Assembly (NCBI GenBank): GCA_041640595.1
Contig: JBEPZY010000003.1
Location: 508,342-572,341, forward strand
DNA length: 64,000 nucleotides
From: Gemmatales bacterium
Lineage (GTDB): Bacteria > Planctomycetota > Planctomycetia > Gemmatales > HRBIN36
Direction: 5' to 3'
Shown here: one piece after another, positions 51,481-64,000 of the stretch
Numbering within the stretch: position 1 is the first letter of the stretch
How the letters are laid out: each line of letters begins with the position of its first letter
Notes under the pieces: model-generated
What the model was told of the DNA's origin: nothing
The model's database searches: none
The model's input: only the letters and a program-made list of their open reading frames with translations
Position numbers and translations under genes: made by a program

Positions 51481-52422
51481 TCAACGATTCTCCCACCAGC
51501 TGACCAGCCGTACCAGTGGATTGGCGGATGGGGCGGGGATGGACGGATTTTGAGCCAGATAATCCGCCCACACCTGCGCTTCGGCAGGAAAATCTTTGCC
51601 GGTCAGGGCCACCAATTGCTGGCGGACCTCGTGTTGCAGGGCAACCTGGCGTTGCGGAGGCGGTTTACGTTCCTCGTCGCGGAGAATCTCTACCAGAATG
51701 CTGGCCGTCTGGTGGGAGGGATAATTTTTCAAACCGCGAATGGCCGCCAGTCGCACTTCCAGAGTGGGTCCGAATTGGGCTGCCTTAGCCAAAATGGGAA
51801 CCGCTCGCGGATCCTGCAGCGTAGCCAGCGCCTGCAGGGCGGCGATCTGCACATGCACGTCGCGGTCGTAGTAGAGGACCGGCTCCTTGCTCTGCTCAAC
51901 GCTGAAGAAAAACTCTCGCGCTCGCGGATCCTGACAGCGAGCCAGTCGCTCGATGGCGGCCATACGGGCGATTGCATCCGGTTCGTTCTTGGCACCCCAG
52001 ATCAGGCCTTCGATGAACTTCTGCTGTTCCTCCTCGCTGCCCCCATACTGGCCTGGTTCTTTGAGCTGGCGGTAAGCCCGGGCACGAAAATCGCCGTCCT
52101 TACTGTGTGCCAGTACCTCCAGCGGAGACGGTGGCTGAAACAGCAAACGAAAACGATATCTCCAGTCGTTGACGAAACCGCCTTCCGGACTGTGCGCGGT
52201 GATGTCCTCCCAGAAGTAAGCGCAGCCGCAACAAGCGAACGTGGCAAACACCATGACCGAGCCAGCCAGCCAGGCGGCAACTTTTTTACGCTCCCTTCGC
52301 CGCATGGCTCGCGGTGAGCCTGGCACCGAATCTTTACCACCGCGTCTCGGCTGGCCGTTCTCCTGCTTCGTCAGGAACTGCCTCCCGCTTGTCGTTGAGC
52401 GTACCTGGAATTTGCTAGCCAT
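51481..52422 (-). CDS. HEAT-repeat lipoprotein-like protein (start may be 52305)
   Basis: Hydrophobic segment ending ACCGC; HEAT units VQIAALQALATLQDPRAVPIL and VRLAAIRGL. Confidence 0.75.
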   Translation of the reverse strand: MASKFQVRSTTSGRQFLTKQENGQPRRGGKDSVPGSPRAMRRRERKKVAAWLAGSVMVFATFACCGCAYFWEDITAHSPEGGFVNDWRYRFRLLFQPPSPLEVLAHSKDGDFRARAYRQLKEPGQYGGSEEEQQKFIEGLIWGAKNEPDAIARMAAIERLARCQDPRAREFFFSVEQSKEPVLYYDRDVHVQIAALQALATLQDPRAVPILAKAAQFGPTLEVRLAAIRGLKNYPSHQTASILVEILRDEERKPPPQRQVALQHEVRQQLVALTGKDFPAEAQVWADYLAQNPSIPAPSANPLVRLVSWWENR

Positions 52423-52529
52423 CCCCTGTTCCCCTTCAGCCGGCCCCGATCAGTCGCCCGCCTCCTCCCACCACGAAGACTGCACAAACTTCGCGTCGGC
52501 GTCAGGATCTGCACTTGGCTCGACGACCC

Positions 52530-52800
52530 GGCTCGACGCTGCGATGCCCCACATCGCCACGATGACCCGCCAATGTGCCTGGCCACTCCTGCCGTGTTCC
52601 ACCGCTCGGGCTGCGATGCCCCACATCGCCACCATTACCCGCCAATGTGCCTGGCCACTCCCGCCATGATTTGCCGCTCGGACCGCGATGCTCCACGGCG
52701 CCACGATGACCCCCCAATGTGCCTGGCCACTCCCGCCATGATTTGCCGCTCGGACCGCGATGCTCCACGGCGCCACGATTACCCGCAAATATGCCTGGCT
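52530..52800. repeat. 72-bp tandem repeat, about 3.7 copies
   Basis: GCGATGC at 52541, 52613, 52685 and 52757, each followed by AAT.TGCCTGGC. Confidence 0.92.
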
Positions 52801-52909
52801 AGGCTGCCGTATAGGGCAAGTGCCTCGGCCATGCAAGAGCAATCTCACGCTTCCGGGCCGAGCAAGAGTCAGCCCTATTTCCGGTTTGCTCCGTCGAAAA
52901 CACGCCTGG

Positions 52910-53180
52910 GTCTGTGAGCAAACCAATGGCGGACGGCATAGAGGATCATGTTTTGTTCAAGTGCGCGCCAGCAATGTTTGGGAGCAAACCAACGGCGAAC
53001 GGCATCGGGGTGCCGGTGCCGTGGGTGTTTCGCTTAGCTCCGCGTGTGAATGCAAACTCACGGCCAACGGTATCGGCCAGCCCCCGCAGTGCCGCTTCAT
53101 CGTTCAACATCCGCTGGGCTTTGATAAGATTGTTGACATGGATATGTCAGCGCAGTGCCGCTTCATGGTCCAACATCCGC
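52910..53180. repeat. Drifting tandem repeat with about 66-bp period
   Basis: GCAAAC..A.GGC..ACGG.AT units near 52918, 52985 and 53052; CGCAGTGCCGCTTCAT.GT.CAACATCCGC at 53085 and 53151. Confidence 0.7.
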
Positions 53181-53367
53181 CCTCGGCATGCCCCGAATTT
53201 CCTATCGAGTTTGCGCCGCTGACGCAACCGACGCTACGGGAATGACTTGAGGAAAATTTTCCTCTGCAGAAAAAATTTTGCGTTTGCTCTTGACCGGCAA
53301 GCGGATTTTTGCTGCAAGCAACTTCGGCCAAGCCTTTCTGTAACACGTTCACACAAGAGCAGCAACC

Positions 53368-55612
<2,245 letters not shown>

Positions 55613-57071
55613 GTGTGGGTTGGCTGATCCCCCAGGAGCTTGACGACTGGCTCACAAAATATCAGGATCGTACTTTTGAAGCTGAGCACTACATTTGGTT
55701 TGAAGGCCGCCCTCTCGACCGGAAAGAGGCAGTCAGGTTACTCGAAGACCGCATACGGCGCATTGACGAGCAATTACCGAAGCAAGGGGAGCCTCGCTTA
55801 CAGCCACCTCTCCTGCGTCCCCTTCCAGCAGTAAATCCCGACATTGAGTCATCTCTATTACAAATGCAAAAAGACAGACTCAAGCAATGTGTCGAAGTTA
55901 TAAACAATCCGCGAATAGACTTATCTTGGTTCGCTGTTGACAATGGTTATCTCAGGCCTTTTGGCAAGGCTGCCGCCGATTGGTTGAAGCAGGGAATTCT
56001 TGCCAGGGCACAAGCCCAACAAGCGGCTTTCGAGTTTACTTTTACTTTGACTTTCCTTAGTGTGGCGGCAGTTAGTGTTCTTCCGGGGATGCAATATTTC
56101 CATCTAGTAGGCTGGAAAACTGTGGCATGGTCTGCTGCGGCCGCTGGCGGTTGTGCTGCCTTTATGTCGCTTACAGACCAATTGATCGAGAAATATATAG
56201 AGCACTCCCGGGCAGAAATTGATTATGGACAGATTCTCCTAAACGCAGCACTAGCTTCGGCGTTAGCGATTCCTCTAGCCCCGCTCGGCCCCCTTGTACA
56301 GCGTTCTTTTGCTAATTATCCGAAAACAACCCTTCTCACTCTACTAGGACTTCAGAGCGCACAAACTGCAACCGACGTCGCAGTTCAACTTCACAACAGT
56401 AAGCCCTATCACGCGGCCGCCCACGGTTTAGTCGACACGATGCTTATGGTTCCTACCACGATTGCAATCGCGCGGCCACAACTTCTTGTCAAGAAACCCC
56501 AGCCGGCGCAAACCGTACCACCAATTGTGATCGAACTACCTGTTGACCTGGGCGACCTGAGGATAACTCCGGTGTTCGTGGAGCAGCTTGGTTCCACGGT
56601 AATTCCAGTTCGCATCCTTTCCCAATCGGGTGGCCGACTGCGTGTTTGGGACCTCGGCAACGATGCTCGCGGCCGTATAATAGAGTTAGCCCTGGGGGCA
56701 AATTTGCCAAAGAACTTCGAAGTCATCGATCGCTTCGAGCGAGAAACTGGACTCATCCGCAGCATCAAGAGCAAAGACTTACGTCTGAAAACTTATGAAA
56801 ATAAGCAAACTGTACAGCGTGTGGTTAAAGAGGATATCGATAGGGTAGCTAAATTTAGTGGCGCTGAATATACTATTCGTGCTACTGGACAGCCTATAGT
56901 CATAAGACGAGAGGATATTCGCATTAGGGAGGTAATGCTGGCAATACCAAGTGATACCCCCGAGCAGCGAGTGCTGTGGCTGACAGAACTTATGGAGTAT
57001 GCGAACGAGAAAGGTGTACGCTTTATTATTCAGAAAATTGAATAAAATGAACAGCAAGAAGGAAACATTGT

Positions 57072-57575
57072 ATGCAGGCGGATCGGGATCAGTCTGCTAA
57101 GGTTCTTCTCTACAAGGGAAAGTGGTATATAGTGCCCCACGCAATCAGTGCTGAGGGTTTCACAACCCTTGGTCTCGAATGGTTTACCGTAGATGCGACG
57201 GAGCCTGCGGAGAAGAAAGGGGAATTAGTGTATGAGGCGCTGCGGTGTTCTGGTAAAAAGCTGCCCTATAGCGTTTATGACCCCAGACCTAGATCGCAAG
57301 ATGTGCACTCGGTGATGACCGGTGCAAAACGGCTTACAAGGAAGATCCTTAATCAAATCTGGGGGGTCACTGTGAGTGTTGTCGGTGACGAGATTAGAGT
57401 TTACCCGCAGAAAAAGGTCAGGCCCTGGCAGGCTCTGTATAAGGAACCCATATCTCTTCCGTATCCGAGTCCGCCGGAGAAACTGGTAGAAGCGATTATT
57501 GAGGCGTTTCGTCGGAGCGAGCCTCCGCCACCCGAAGAAAACCTATTCGGTTCAGTCTCGGCACCAGAAGCCTAA
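57072..57575 (+). CDS. Cognate immunity protein, CdiI (EC869/DUF1436)-like
   Basis: 26 bp after the toxin stop, RBS AAGGA; GELVYEALRCS, VTVSVVGDEIRVYP and ISLP.PSPPEKL..AI.EAF.RS resemble CdiI. Confidence 0.75.
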   Translation: MQADRDQSAKVLLYKGKWYIVPHAISAEGFTTLGLEWFTVDATEPAEKKGELVYEALRCSGKKLPYSVYDPRPRSQDVHSVMTGAKRLTRKILNQIWGVTVSVVGDEIRVYPQKKVRPWQALYKEPISLPYPSPPEKLVEAIIEAFRRSEPPPPEENLFGSVSAPEA

Positions 57576-57837
57576 CTCCGACAATCGTCTGGAGGGAGTT
57601 TTGCTTCATGAAGAAGAGACAAAGACACGGAACGTGCGAGAGACTTGATCCTGGCAATGCTCTTCAGCTTCTTGGGGAGCGAGTTTAGGCACACGCTAGT
57701 GCTGGATATACCACAATGTCTGCTCGCCCGTCCTTGGCGGCCCCGGTTGCAACGAGTCAACGCAAATGCGAATGCGGAATATAGCGACAAGCCTATACTG
57801 GGGCTACCGGGCGAAGATGGAGAAAAGGTCTGCATAG

Positions 57838-59058
57838 AAGGAAGACGACGGTAGGCATACGGGCGGCGGAGGTGATACGTCTGGCGGAGGCGGCGGCGAT
57901 AGGGGCGGGGGTGGGGATAGCGGGGGCGACGGAAGCAGCGGCGATACGGGCGAAACGGGAACAATTGGCGACACAGGTGGATCTGGGACCACCGGCGACA
58001 GCGGTGGGACGGGGACCACCGGCGACGAAAGCACGCACACGCAAGAAACTTCCGGCGGCGATGAACAACGACAAGAGAATAACCTCCTCTCGCAAGCCGG
58101 TCTTTCAGTCGAATACCAGAATTGGCTCTTCACACACGGATTTTACAGCGAGGCACTTTATTACGCATTGCAAGGTAAGAGGGGCAAAGACATCGAAGAT
58201 GCCTTGAAGGGAGACCCTGAGTTAGGTCCTAAATTCAGCAATGCCTTACTGGATTCTAAGTATCCTCCGCCCCCAGAGGCGAGGCGATTTGTTCAGGAAA
58301 GTAATCGCTGGCGGAGTTGGGATAACCTGAACCTTGCGAACCCGCCGAACGTGGGCACACCTCTCGAAACGAAGTTCCTGCCGATTCTGATCTTCGACTC
58401 TAACGATCGGCAAGCCCTTCCGTTCGGATTCGCCACCGACGATAAAGCTGTTGAAGCTGTTAAACAGGCACTGCGTGAGGCCGGCCACATGCTTTTCGTC
58501 GAACTTGACAGGAGCAATAGGAAACTCATCGTGTACCAACTCACGAATACCGACGACAACGAAAGCCTCACCAAGTTCCTCAATGGTCTTGAAAAAGTCA
58601 ACGAGTTACCCGTGTCTAAGTTGCGTGACGATATCCTGAACACTATCAAGGCACAAGGTAAAGAGATCGCCCTCGAGTTCGTTGAAGACGGATTGACTGA
58701 AAAGGATATTGGCCGCATCGTCGCTAAGGTATATGACGGCGTGGTGAAAGGACTCCTACCAGCGGAGAAGTTTCCAGTTGCTTCCTTGTCGGTTATCAAG
58801 GATGGTTTCAGTTTCCGAATCGATCCGGACCCGCAGAAAATCCTGGATGGCACCTGGCTGGCGGAACAGGCTGGGCGGGTCTTGATCCAGCGCGAGGATA
58901 TCACTAAGATCATCCCAACCAGATTTGGTTTCAAAGTCCAATATGGCTATCAGGATAAGAAGTACGACATCGGGCTGGTAGGCGAAGGCCAGCTGCGCCT
59001 GCTGGGCGAAAAGAAAATTGAGGCGGAACTGAATATAGGGGTACTGATTCGCTGGTGA
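57838..59058 (+). pseudogene. Start-less orphan toxin cassette (stalk homology arm plus unknown C-terminal domain)
   Basis: Open frame from the TAG at 57835 to 59058 with no ATG/GTG in its 5' part; 57925-58025 matches 54683-54783 at 98/101 nt in the same codon phase. Confidence 0.7.
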
Positions 59059-59066
59059 GGCAAGCC

Positions 59067-60350
59067 ATGAGCCAGGATGGTCGAATAATTTTTAGATATA
59101 GGAGTGGACTTGCTGTAGCCCTGGCAACCGGTTTGGTCTTTTCGGCTTTGCAAGATGCTCCTCTTACGGTTTCAACCGGTTGTCAGGCCGCTCAGGAATA
59201 TGTGCCGCTGGCTTGTCATATCCCTGTTGCCTGGCAGCAGGATGTCATAGCGGCTCGAGAAAAGGGCTACGAATTCCTTCGCAGTGTCGGTGTTAGCAAG
59301 AAATGCTTTTATATGGGCCATAGATGGTACTTTGATATAATGGGCCCGTGGATACGCGAAAAAGTGGGACCCCAAGGAGAAGCTCTGACTTTCATAACTC
59401 CCGAATGGTTAGACGCAAAACACCTTCCGACTATGTTCCGTTATTTTCCCGAAGTGGAAATTCTGAAGATTTGGTGCGAGAGAATTGACGAAACCGTCGC
59501 AGATGCTATAGCCAATCATCTGCCAGGCCTGACGCACGTGTACTTAGACACAGGCGGGGTCTCTGATTATACGCTGAAAAGCCTGGCCAGGCTGAAATAT
59601 CTGGAGGTATTATCGGTCCCCCCAGGAACTATCACCGAAAAAGGGTTTGCATATTTACCCGAATACCCGTCCCTCAAATATTTCGCACTAAGTCCCACAT
59701 ATAACCGACTGGTGGGAGGAATACGTTACCTAACCAGGTGCCGGAATTTGGAAGTTCTCTGGCTAGGTTTCCTGGGAAAGGAGGATCCACCGCCCATAGG
59801 TGCCCCTCCTCCGGATCCGCCCGTGTCTGGCAAAGCCCCTGTGAAGCAGTTTGTTCCCCCCGAAGTCGCAGCAGAATTGGCGAGGATACCGCGGCTAAAG
59901 TATTTATGTTTACCATTCTCTAACATTGATGACGATTTCGTGCGCGAGCTTTCGAAATCGCGAACCATAGTTTACCTGGACCTTAGTTCCTGCCATCATC
60001 TGAGTGATAGATCAGCGGAATACCTTTCCGAGATGAAACAGTTGGAAGTCGTTGAGCTGCATTGCAAGCAACTTACTGACCAATCAGTAAAAGCTCTCGC
60101 CCGCCTGCCACGATTGCGCGGCCTCTCTCTTCTGGGTGTTTCCAAGATTACGGATGCTTCGGTCCCTGCGTTTTGTCAGATGAAAAACCTCGAGTATCTG
60201 TGCTTAGACAGTAGCGGGGTGAGCGCGGCCGGAGGCGACAAGATTATCGAGGCGCTGGCTCCGCATAAGCTGGTGAACCTCTGGGGCAAGTGTTCCTACG
60301 GCCCAGGCCATTACTGGTACCGTCCTTATCATTATCGCGCCCCGAAGTAA
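59067..60350 (+). CDS. Leucine-rich-repeat protein with N-terminal signal/TM, probable immunity protein
   Basis: Repeats L.HVYLDTGGVSD..LKSLA.L..LEVL, LDLSSCHHLSD, LSLLGVSKITD; immediately follows the orphan cassette stop. Confidence 0.8.
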   Translation: MSQDGRIIFRYRSGLAVALATGLVFSALQDAPLTVSTGCQAAQEYVPLACHIPVAWQQDVIAAREKGYEFLRSVGVSKKCFYMGHRWYFDIMGPWIREKVGPQGEALTFITPEWLDAKHLPTMFRYFPEVEILKIWCERIDETVADAIANHLPGLTHVYLDTGGVSDYTLKSLARLKYLEVLSVPPGTITEKGFAYLPEYPSLKYFALSPTYNRLVGGIRYLTRCRNLEVLWLGFLGKEDPPPIGAPPPDPPVSGKAPVKQFVPPEVAAELARIPRLKYLCLPFSNIDDDFVRELSKSRTIVYLDLSSCHHLSDRSAEYLSEMKQLEVVELHCKQLTDQSVKALARLPRLRGLSLLGVSKITDASVPAFCQMKNLEYLCLDSSGVSAAGGDKIIEALAPHKLVNLWGKCSYGPGHYWYRPYHYRAPK

Positions 60351-60388
60351 CCAGCGAGATTGGTTTCTCCTGCGTGCAGCCAATCTGC

Positions 60389-61470
60389 TCCGCCGCAGAC
60401 CGAACCACCGCCTGACCCCCGGCAACGACTCGCCACCGCAAACCGAACCACTACCTGTTGACCAGAATGACCAACTTCAGCTCGACAATGTCGGGGAAGA
60501 TTATGTTAGCATCTATATTGGGCCGCTGGTAGATGATGAAGCTGTGCGGTTGGTCATATGTGTTAGAGAAGACAAGCATCTATATTGAGCCGTTGGTAGA
60601 TGATGAAGGCCATGTGCTTAGCTATACGGTAACCGGTCTGCCGGACGGCATTGACGTTGTCTATGTTGAGGTTGCGGCAGATGGCAGAGAACCGGGTGCC
60701 TATCTGCAAGGTTATATCGCCTACAGTAACGTGGCCAGCAACGCCCCACCGGTGGATTTTCATGTTATCATGACCGTTACCAAAGAAGGCGATGGGAATA
60801 GTTTCCAAAGCGATAGTTTCACGTGGACGATTAGGGACACATCTAGGTTAGGGTCTATATCTGACCAAGTTTCAAGGGAGGGCGAGTTTATTTTCTGGAT
60901 ACCCCCAGTCGCCAGGACGGAAGGGGAGACTTTGGTGATCCATTATTCGGGATTGCTCTTGGGTCTGGAATACTTTGCAAACTCGGGGCTGGTGTATGGA
61001 TATGTCAGTTACGCTAACATTGCCAGCAATGGTCACGCCCGATCCTTGGAAGTCACCATTTTCGTGAACGACGGGACAGGTATGGAGAGCAAAACCTTCC
61101 AGTGGCAGGTTGAGGATACGAACAGGATTCCTGTTTTGCCGGATGTTAGTATTAGCGAAGGCGACTATATAAACGTGAAAATAAATGCTGAAGACGCGAC
61201 GGGAGCCAGCTTGACGTATGCCGCGGATAACCTGCCCCGGGGTCTAAGAATAGACTCGGCGACAGGACGCATTACTGGAACGGTTTCTTATCGCAACGTC
61301 GGCCCTAGAGAAGGAGTGAGGGAATTCATTATAAGCATTCGCGTTACTGATGGCGAGAGCGAGGATATGAGGACGGTCACCTGGACAGTCCAGGATAAGG
61401 ACTGGTGGTCGGCACCGCCGAACCTGACTAACTCAGAGGGCGAGGATGTGTGCTTTGAACTTTGTGCTCC
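60389..61470 (+). pseudogene. Start-less fragment with putative Ig domains, homologous to the toxin N-terminal region
   Basis: Begins with two partial copies of the toxin linker 54872-54916; YTVTGLPDG, LTYAADNLPRGLRIDSATGRITG, NSEG; a 67-bp duplication shifts the frame; degenerates into repeats after about 61470. Confidence 0.7.
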
Positions 61471-61519
61471 CAGTGTTTCGGCAGGCTGGGACAACACGGT
61501 GCGTCTGTGCGCTTGCAAA

Positions 61520-61965
61520 GGCCGAGCCTTGTTTTTAGTGGTCCTAGTGATCAAAGACGTCGCTGACGCCGTCAACCGTATGCGTGGCCGAGCCTTGTCT
61601 TTAGTGCTCCTAGCATCCCCGAAAATACAGATCATCCGGCAGGACCGTTATCATGCCCGCGCCTTACGTCCAGCGGAGCTTCGCTTCGGCCGTAGAAGAG
61701 GGTTTACAGATGTAATGTGTTATCATGCCCGCGCCTTAGGTCCAACAGAGCTTCCTTCAAAGCTGGCGATAAGTCAGGTCGGCGGCCCTCTTCCAAAACT
61801 TGAGGAAGCACAGGTGACCAACTTTGTGCCAATTACGCCGACCGCCAGCCCAGCCTTTTCCAAAACTTGGGGAGGCACAAGTAAGCCTTGCGTGTTCCAA
61901 GTGTTCGAGATAGAACGGGCCATCCGGCGTAACCGTTATCATCCCACGCCTTGCGTCCAGCGAAG
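61520..61965. repeat. Drifting tandem repeats with 66-72 bp period
   Basis: GCCGAGCCTTGT.TTTAGTG.TCCTAG at 61521 and 61587; TTATCAT.CC..CGCCTT at 61648, 61720 and 61936; CCAAAACTTG.GGA.GCACA at 61793 and 61860. Confidence 0.7.
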
Positions 61966-62027
61966 TCCCGTGAAAGCCTGGGATAAGACACTTAGAGATG
62001 CGGTTGGCGTGGAAGTGCGGGGATGGT

Positions 62028-63152
62028 TTAGTGGGGCAGGAGGGAGGCGGCGACACAGTTGGAGATGCGGGCCAGGAATCGGCCCTCGGGTTCCTGCGGC
62101 TGGGTGGTGAACAGAACCATGAAGGCGTCGGCGTCGGGATCGAGCCAGCAGAGCGTTCCGGTGGCGCCCCAGTGACCGTAAGTGCGTGGTCCGAGGAGAT
62201 CGCCAAAGTTGGCGCTGGAGGCTGGCCAGTTGAGTCGCCAGCCCAATCCCCAGGGTCGGCAGCGGCGATCTTCTTCGGGAACCAGGGGCATGGCGGCGAG
62301 CTGGTTGGTAGTCATGGCCCGAACGGTGGCCGGGCTCAGTATTCGCACCTTTCCGAACTGACCTGCACCCAGCATCATCAGGCAGAATCGGGCAAAATCT
62401 TCCGGCGAGGTAATCAATCCGCCCCAGGGTGCACCGAAACCGAGCCAGTAGGGGCTATTCCAGTGCCAGTCGGTCTTTTCCTGTTCGGGTGATATGCGGA
62501 TTCGAGCAATGCGGTCGCGTTTTTCGACCTGCCAGCCCAGCGAGGTATCGTTCATGCCGAGCGGGTCGAAGATTTCCTTTTTGAGGAAGTCGCGCAGGGT
62601 CATGCCACTAACCTGGTGAACAATCTCGGCCAGCATGGCGATGCCCATACTCTGATAACTCACCCTGGTGCCCGGGGGAAACAGCAAGGGTGTGCGACAA
62701 ATTTCCTCGATAAAGTCCGATAATGGCCGATGGGCGGCACGGAGTTGTTCATTATTGGGGAGCATGTCGGGCAAACCGGAAGTATGGGTGAGTAGATGGC
62801 GGATTTGCACCGTATCTTTGCCGTGCTGGGCGAAGCGTGGCACATATTCGACCACGCGGTCTTCCAGACGGAGGTAGCCGCGTTCCATTAAAATCAGGAC
62901 AGCCGTTGCCGTAACCGGTTTGGTGATGGAAGCCACCAGAAAGAGAGCGTCCGGCCGCAAGGGTTGTTTCTGATGCGGGTCGTGCCGACCGAAAAACCGT
63001 GGACGCACGATCTTGCCACGACCGCCCACACACAGTGCCGCCGCTGGGATTTTGTCTTCCCTGGTCCAGCGGGCCAGCCACTCGTAGGCTCGCTGTAAGC
63101 GTCCGGGATCAAAGCCGGCTTCCGATGGGTCGTCGGTGATCAGGTCGTTCAT
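62028..63152 (-). CDS. Serine hydrolase, beta-lactamase class C-like family
   Basis: SITK (SxxK), LLTHTSGL, YQS, GHWGATG; RBS GGAG before the ATG at 63152. Confidence 0.9.
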   Translation of the reverse strand: MNDLITDDPSEAGFDPGRLQRAYEWLARWTREDKIPAAALCVGGRGKIVRPRFFGRHDPHQKQPLRPDALFLVASITKPVTATAVLILMERGYLRLEDRVVEYVPRFAQHGKDTVQIRHLLTHTSGLPDMLPNNEQLRAAHRPLSDFIEEICRTPLLFPPGTRVSYQSMGIAMLAEIVHQVSGMTLRDFLKKEIFDPLGMNDTSLGWQVEKRDRIARIRISPEQEKTDWHWNSPYWLGFGAPWGGLITSPEDFARFCLMMLGAGQFGKVRILSPATVRAMTTNQLAAMPLVPEEDRRCRPWGLGWRLNWPASSANFGDLLGPRTYGHWGATGTLCWLDPDADAFMVLFTTQPQEPEGRFLARISNCVAASLLPH

Positions 63153-63471
63153 AAATCGGTCTCCGCGTGTCGGGTCGCTGCTGGTATTAGCGTCAGTATA
63201 TGGGTTGCCAGTCCCTGCATCTGCGGAGCTTGCTGGGATTGGGACCGAACGTGAGCGGCTTTCCTCTGAGGGAAGCAAAATGCTCATGCCGGGCCATTGT
63301 TCTGTCACGGAGGAATTGTTCGGACCGGCGCGAAAACTGGCCGCTTCTCTCGGCAAATCCGTCAAAGCTGGCAGATCGTGAGCTAGGCTTGTTACGGTGT
63401 TGCTGGCGGAAACGAATCGCCTTCGGGCTGTGGGTAAGGCATGGCCCAAATGCAGGGGATAACAGCTGAGG

Positions 63472-64000
63472 ATGGAGAAGACCGTGGCCCCGGAGCAGCA
63501 AACGCCGCATCAATCCGGAGTGTGGCTTCGTGACATTACCAGTCATGTCGCCGAACGGCTGGCCGGACCGCGATCAGCACCGGTGCCGAACGGGCAACAG
63601 ACCGATGAACAGACTGCTACCCCGCTGAAAGCATCCGACCCCGGGACGGCTGGGCAGACCGACTTACCAACGGATGCCGCCACCGCGGTGCCGGCACAAG
63701 AGGCAACCGCAGCAGCTTTGTCGAATGCTGGTCAGGCGACCGTGCATACCTCGAAAGTTGTCGATACCAGGCCGCCGGCCCCGCTTGACAGCGATACTGT
63801 CCGGCCAGCAGACGGGAACATGGACACGCTGCGGGTTCGGCCAGCCGAAGAGTTGCTGGGTGATTACGAACTGCTCGAAGAGATTGGGCGTGGCAGTATG
63901 GGCATCGTTTACCGAGCCCGGCAGGTTTCGCTGGAACGGATAGTGGCGGTGAAAGTGATTCCGGCCGGGCGACTGGCCAGCGCCCAGGAAGTGCAGCGTT
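63472..64000 (+). CDS. Hanks-type Ser/Thr protein kinase, 5' part (runs off the window)
   Basis: Manual translation: ..[34 protein letters not shown].. in frame with the ATG at 63472. Confidence 0.9.
   Translation, partial: MEKTVAPEQQTPHQSGVWLRDITSHVAERLAGPRSAPVPNGQQTDEQTATPLKASDPGTAGQTDLPTDAATAVPAQEATAAALSNAGQATVHTSKVVDTRPPAPLDSDTVRPADGNMDTLRVRPAEELLGDYELLEEIGRGSMGIVYRARQVSLERIVAVKVIPAGRLASAQEVQR

Noticed and set aside
52450..52926. ORFs across intergenic repeat arrays (also 5305-5990, 45366-46297)
   Set aside because: Translations merely mirror the DNA repeats; no RBS or protein-like composition.
61470..62110. C-terminal half of ORF 60533..62110 as a real protein or toxin domain
   Set aside because: It runs through tandem-repeat DNA and overlaps the convergent serine hydrolase; it reads as read-through from a truncated gene.

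Overview
GC-rich bacterial DNA, most likely from a planctomycete (Gemmatales-like): it carries LEPR-xLL export motifs, a PVC-type heme CxxCH protein, DUF1080, a sulfatase, an ECF sigma factor and a Ser/Thr kinase. Housekeeping and common genes include tgt-yajC-secDF, an ECF/anti-sigma pair, a P-II/ANTAR pair, a MoxR-DUF58-BatA-vWA/ABC operon, an RsbV/RsbW-like pair, a CE15 esterase, an ELWxxDGT/Ig-repeat surface protein, panB, rpiB and hemW. The most notable region is an AT-richer island at about 53.3-61.5 kb that reads as a polymorphic toxin locus. Its lead gene has an LEPR-xLL motif, putative Ig domains, a G/D/T-rich stalk and a C-terminal CdiA-CT(EC869)-like nuclease, and is followed by a CdiI-like immunity gene. 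Two start-less orphan cassettes follow, each beginning with a homology arm matching the stalk. The lead gene is broken at an (AC)5 tract and at one further frameshift. Intergenic DNA is rich in repeats: REP-like palindromes (one array lies in frame inside a gene), heptamer arrays, and many unrelated tandem arrays with 66-78 bp periods. A promoter-driven structured RNA candidate lies at about 29.2-29.4 kb. No tRNA, rRNA, cas genes or transposases were recognised. All family assignments come from motif recognition by eye, not database searches.
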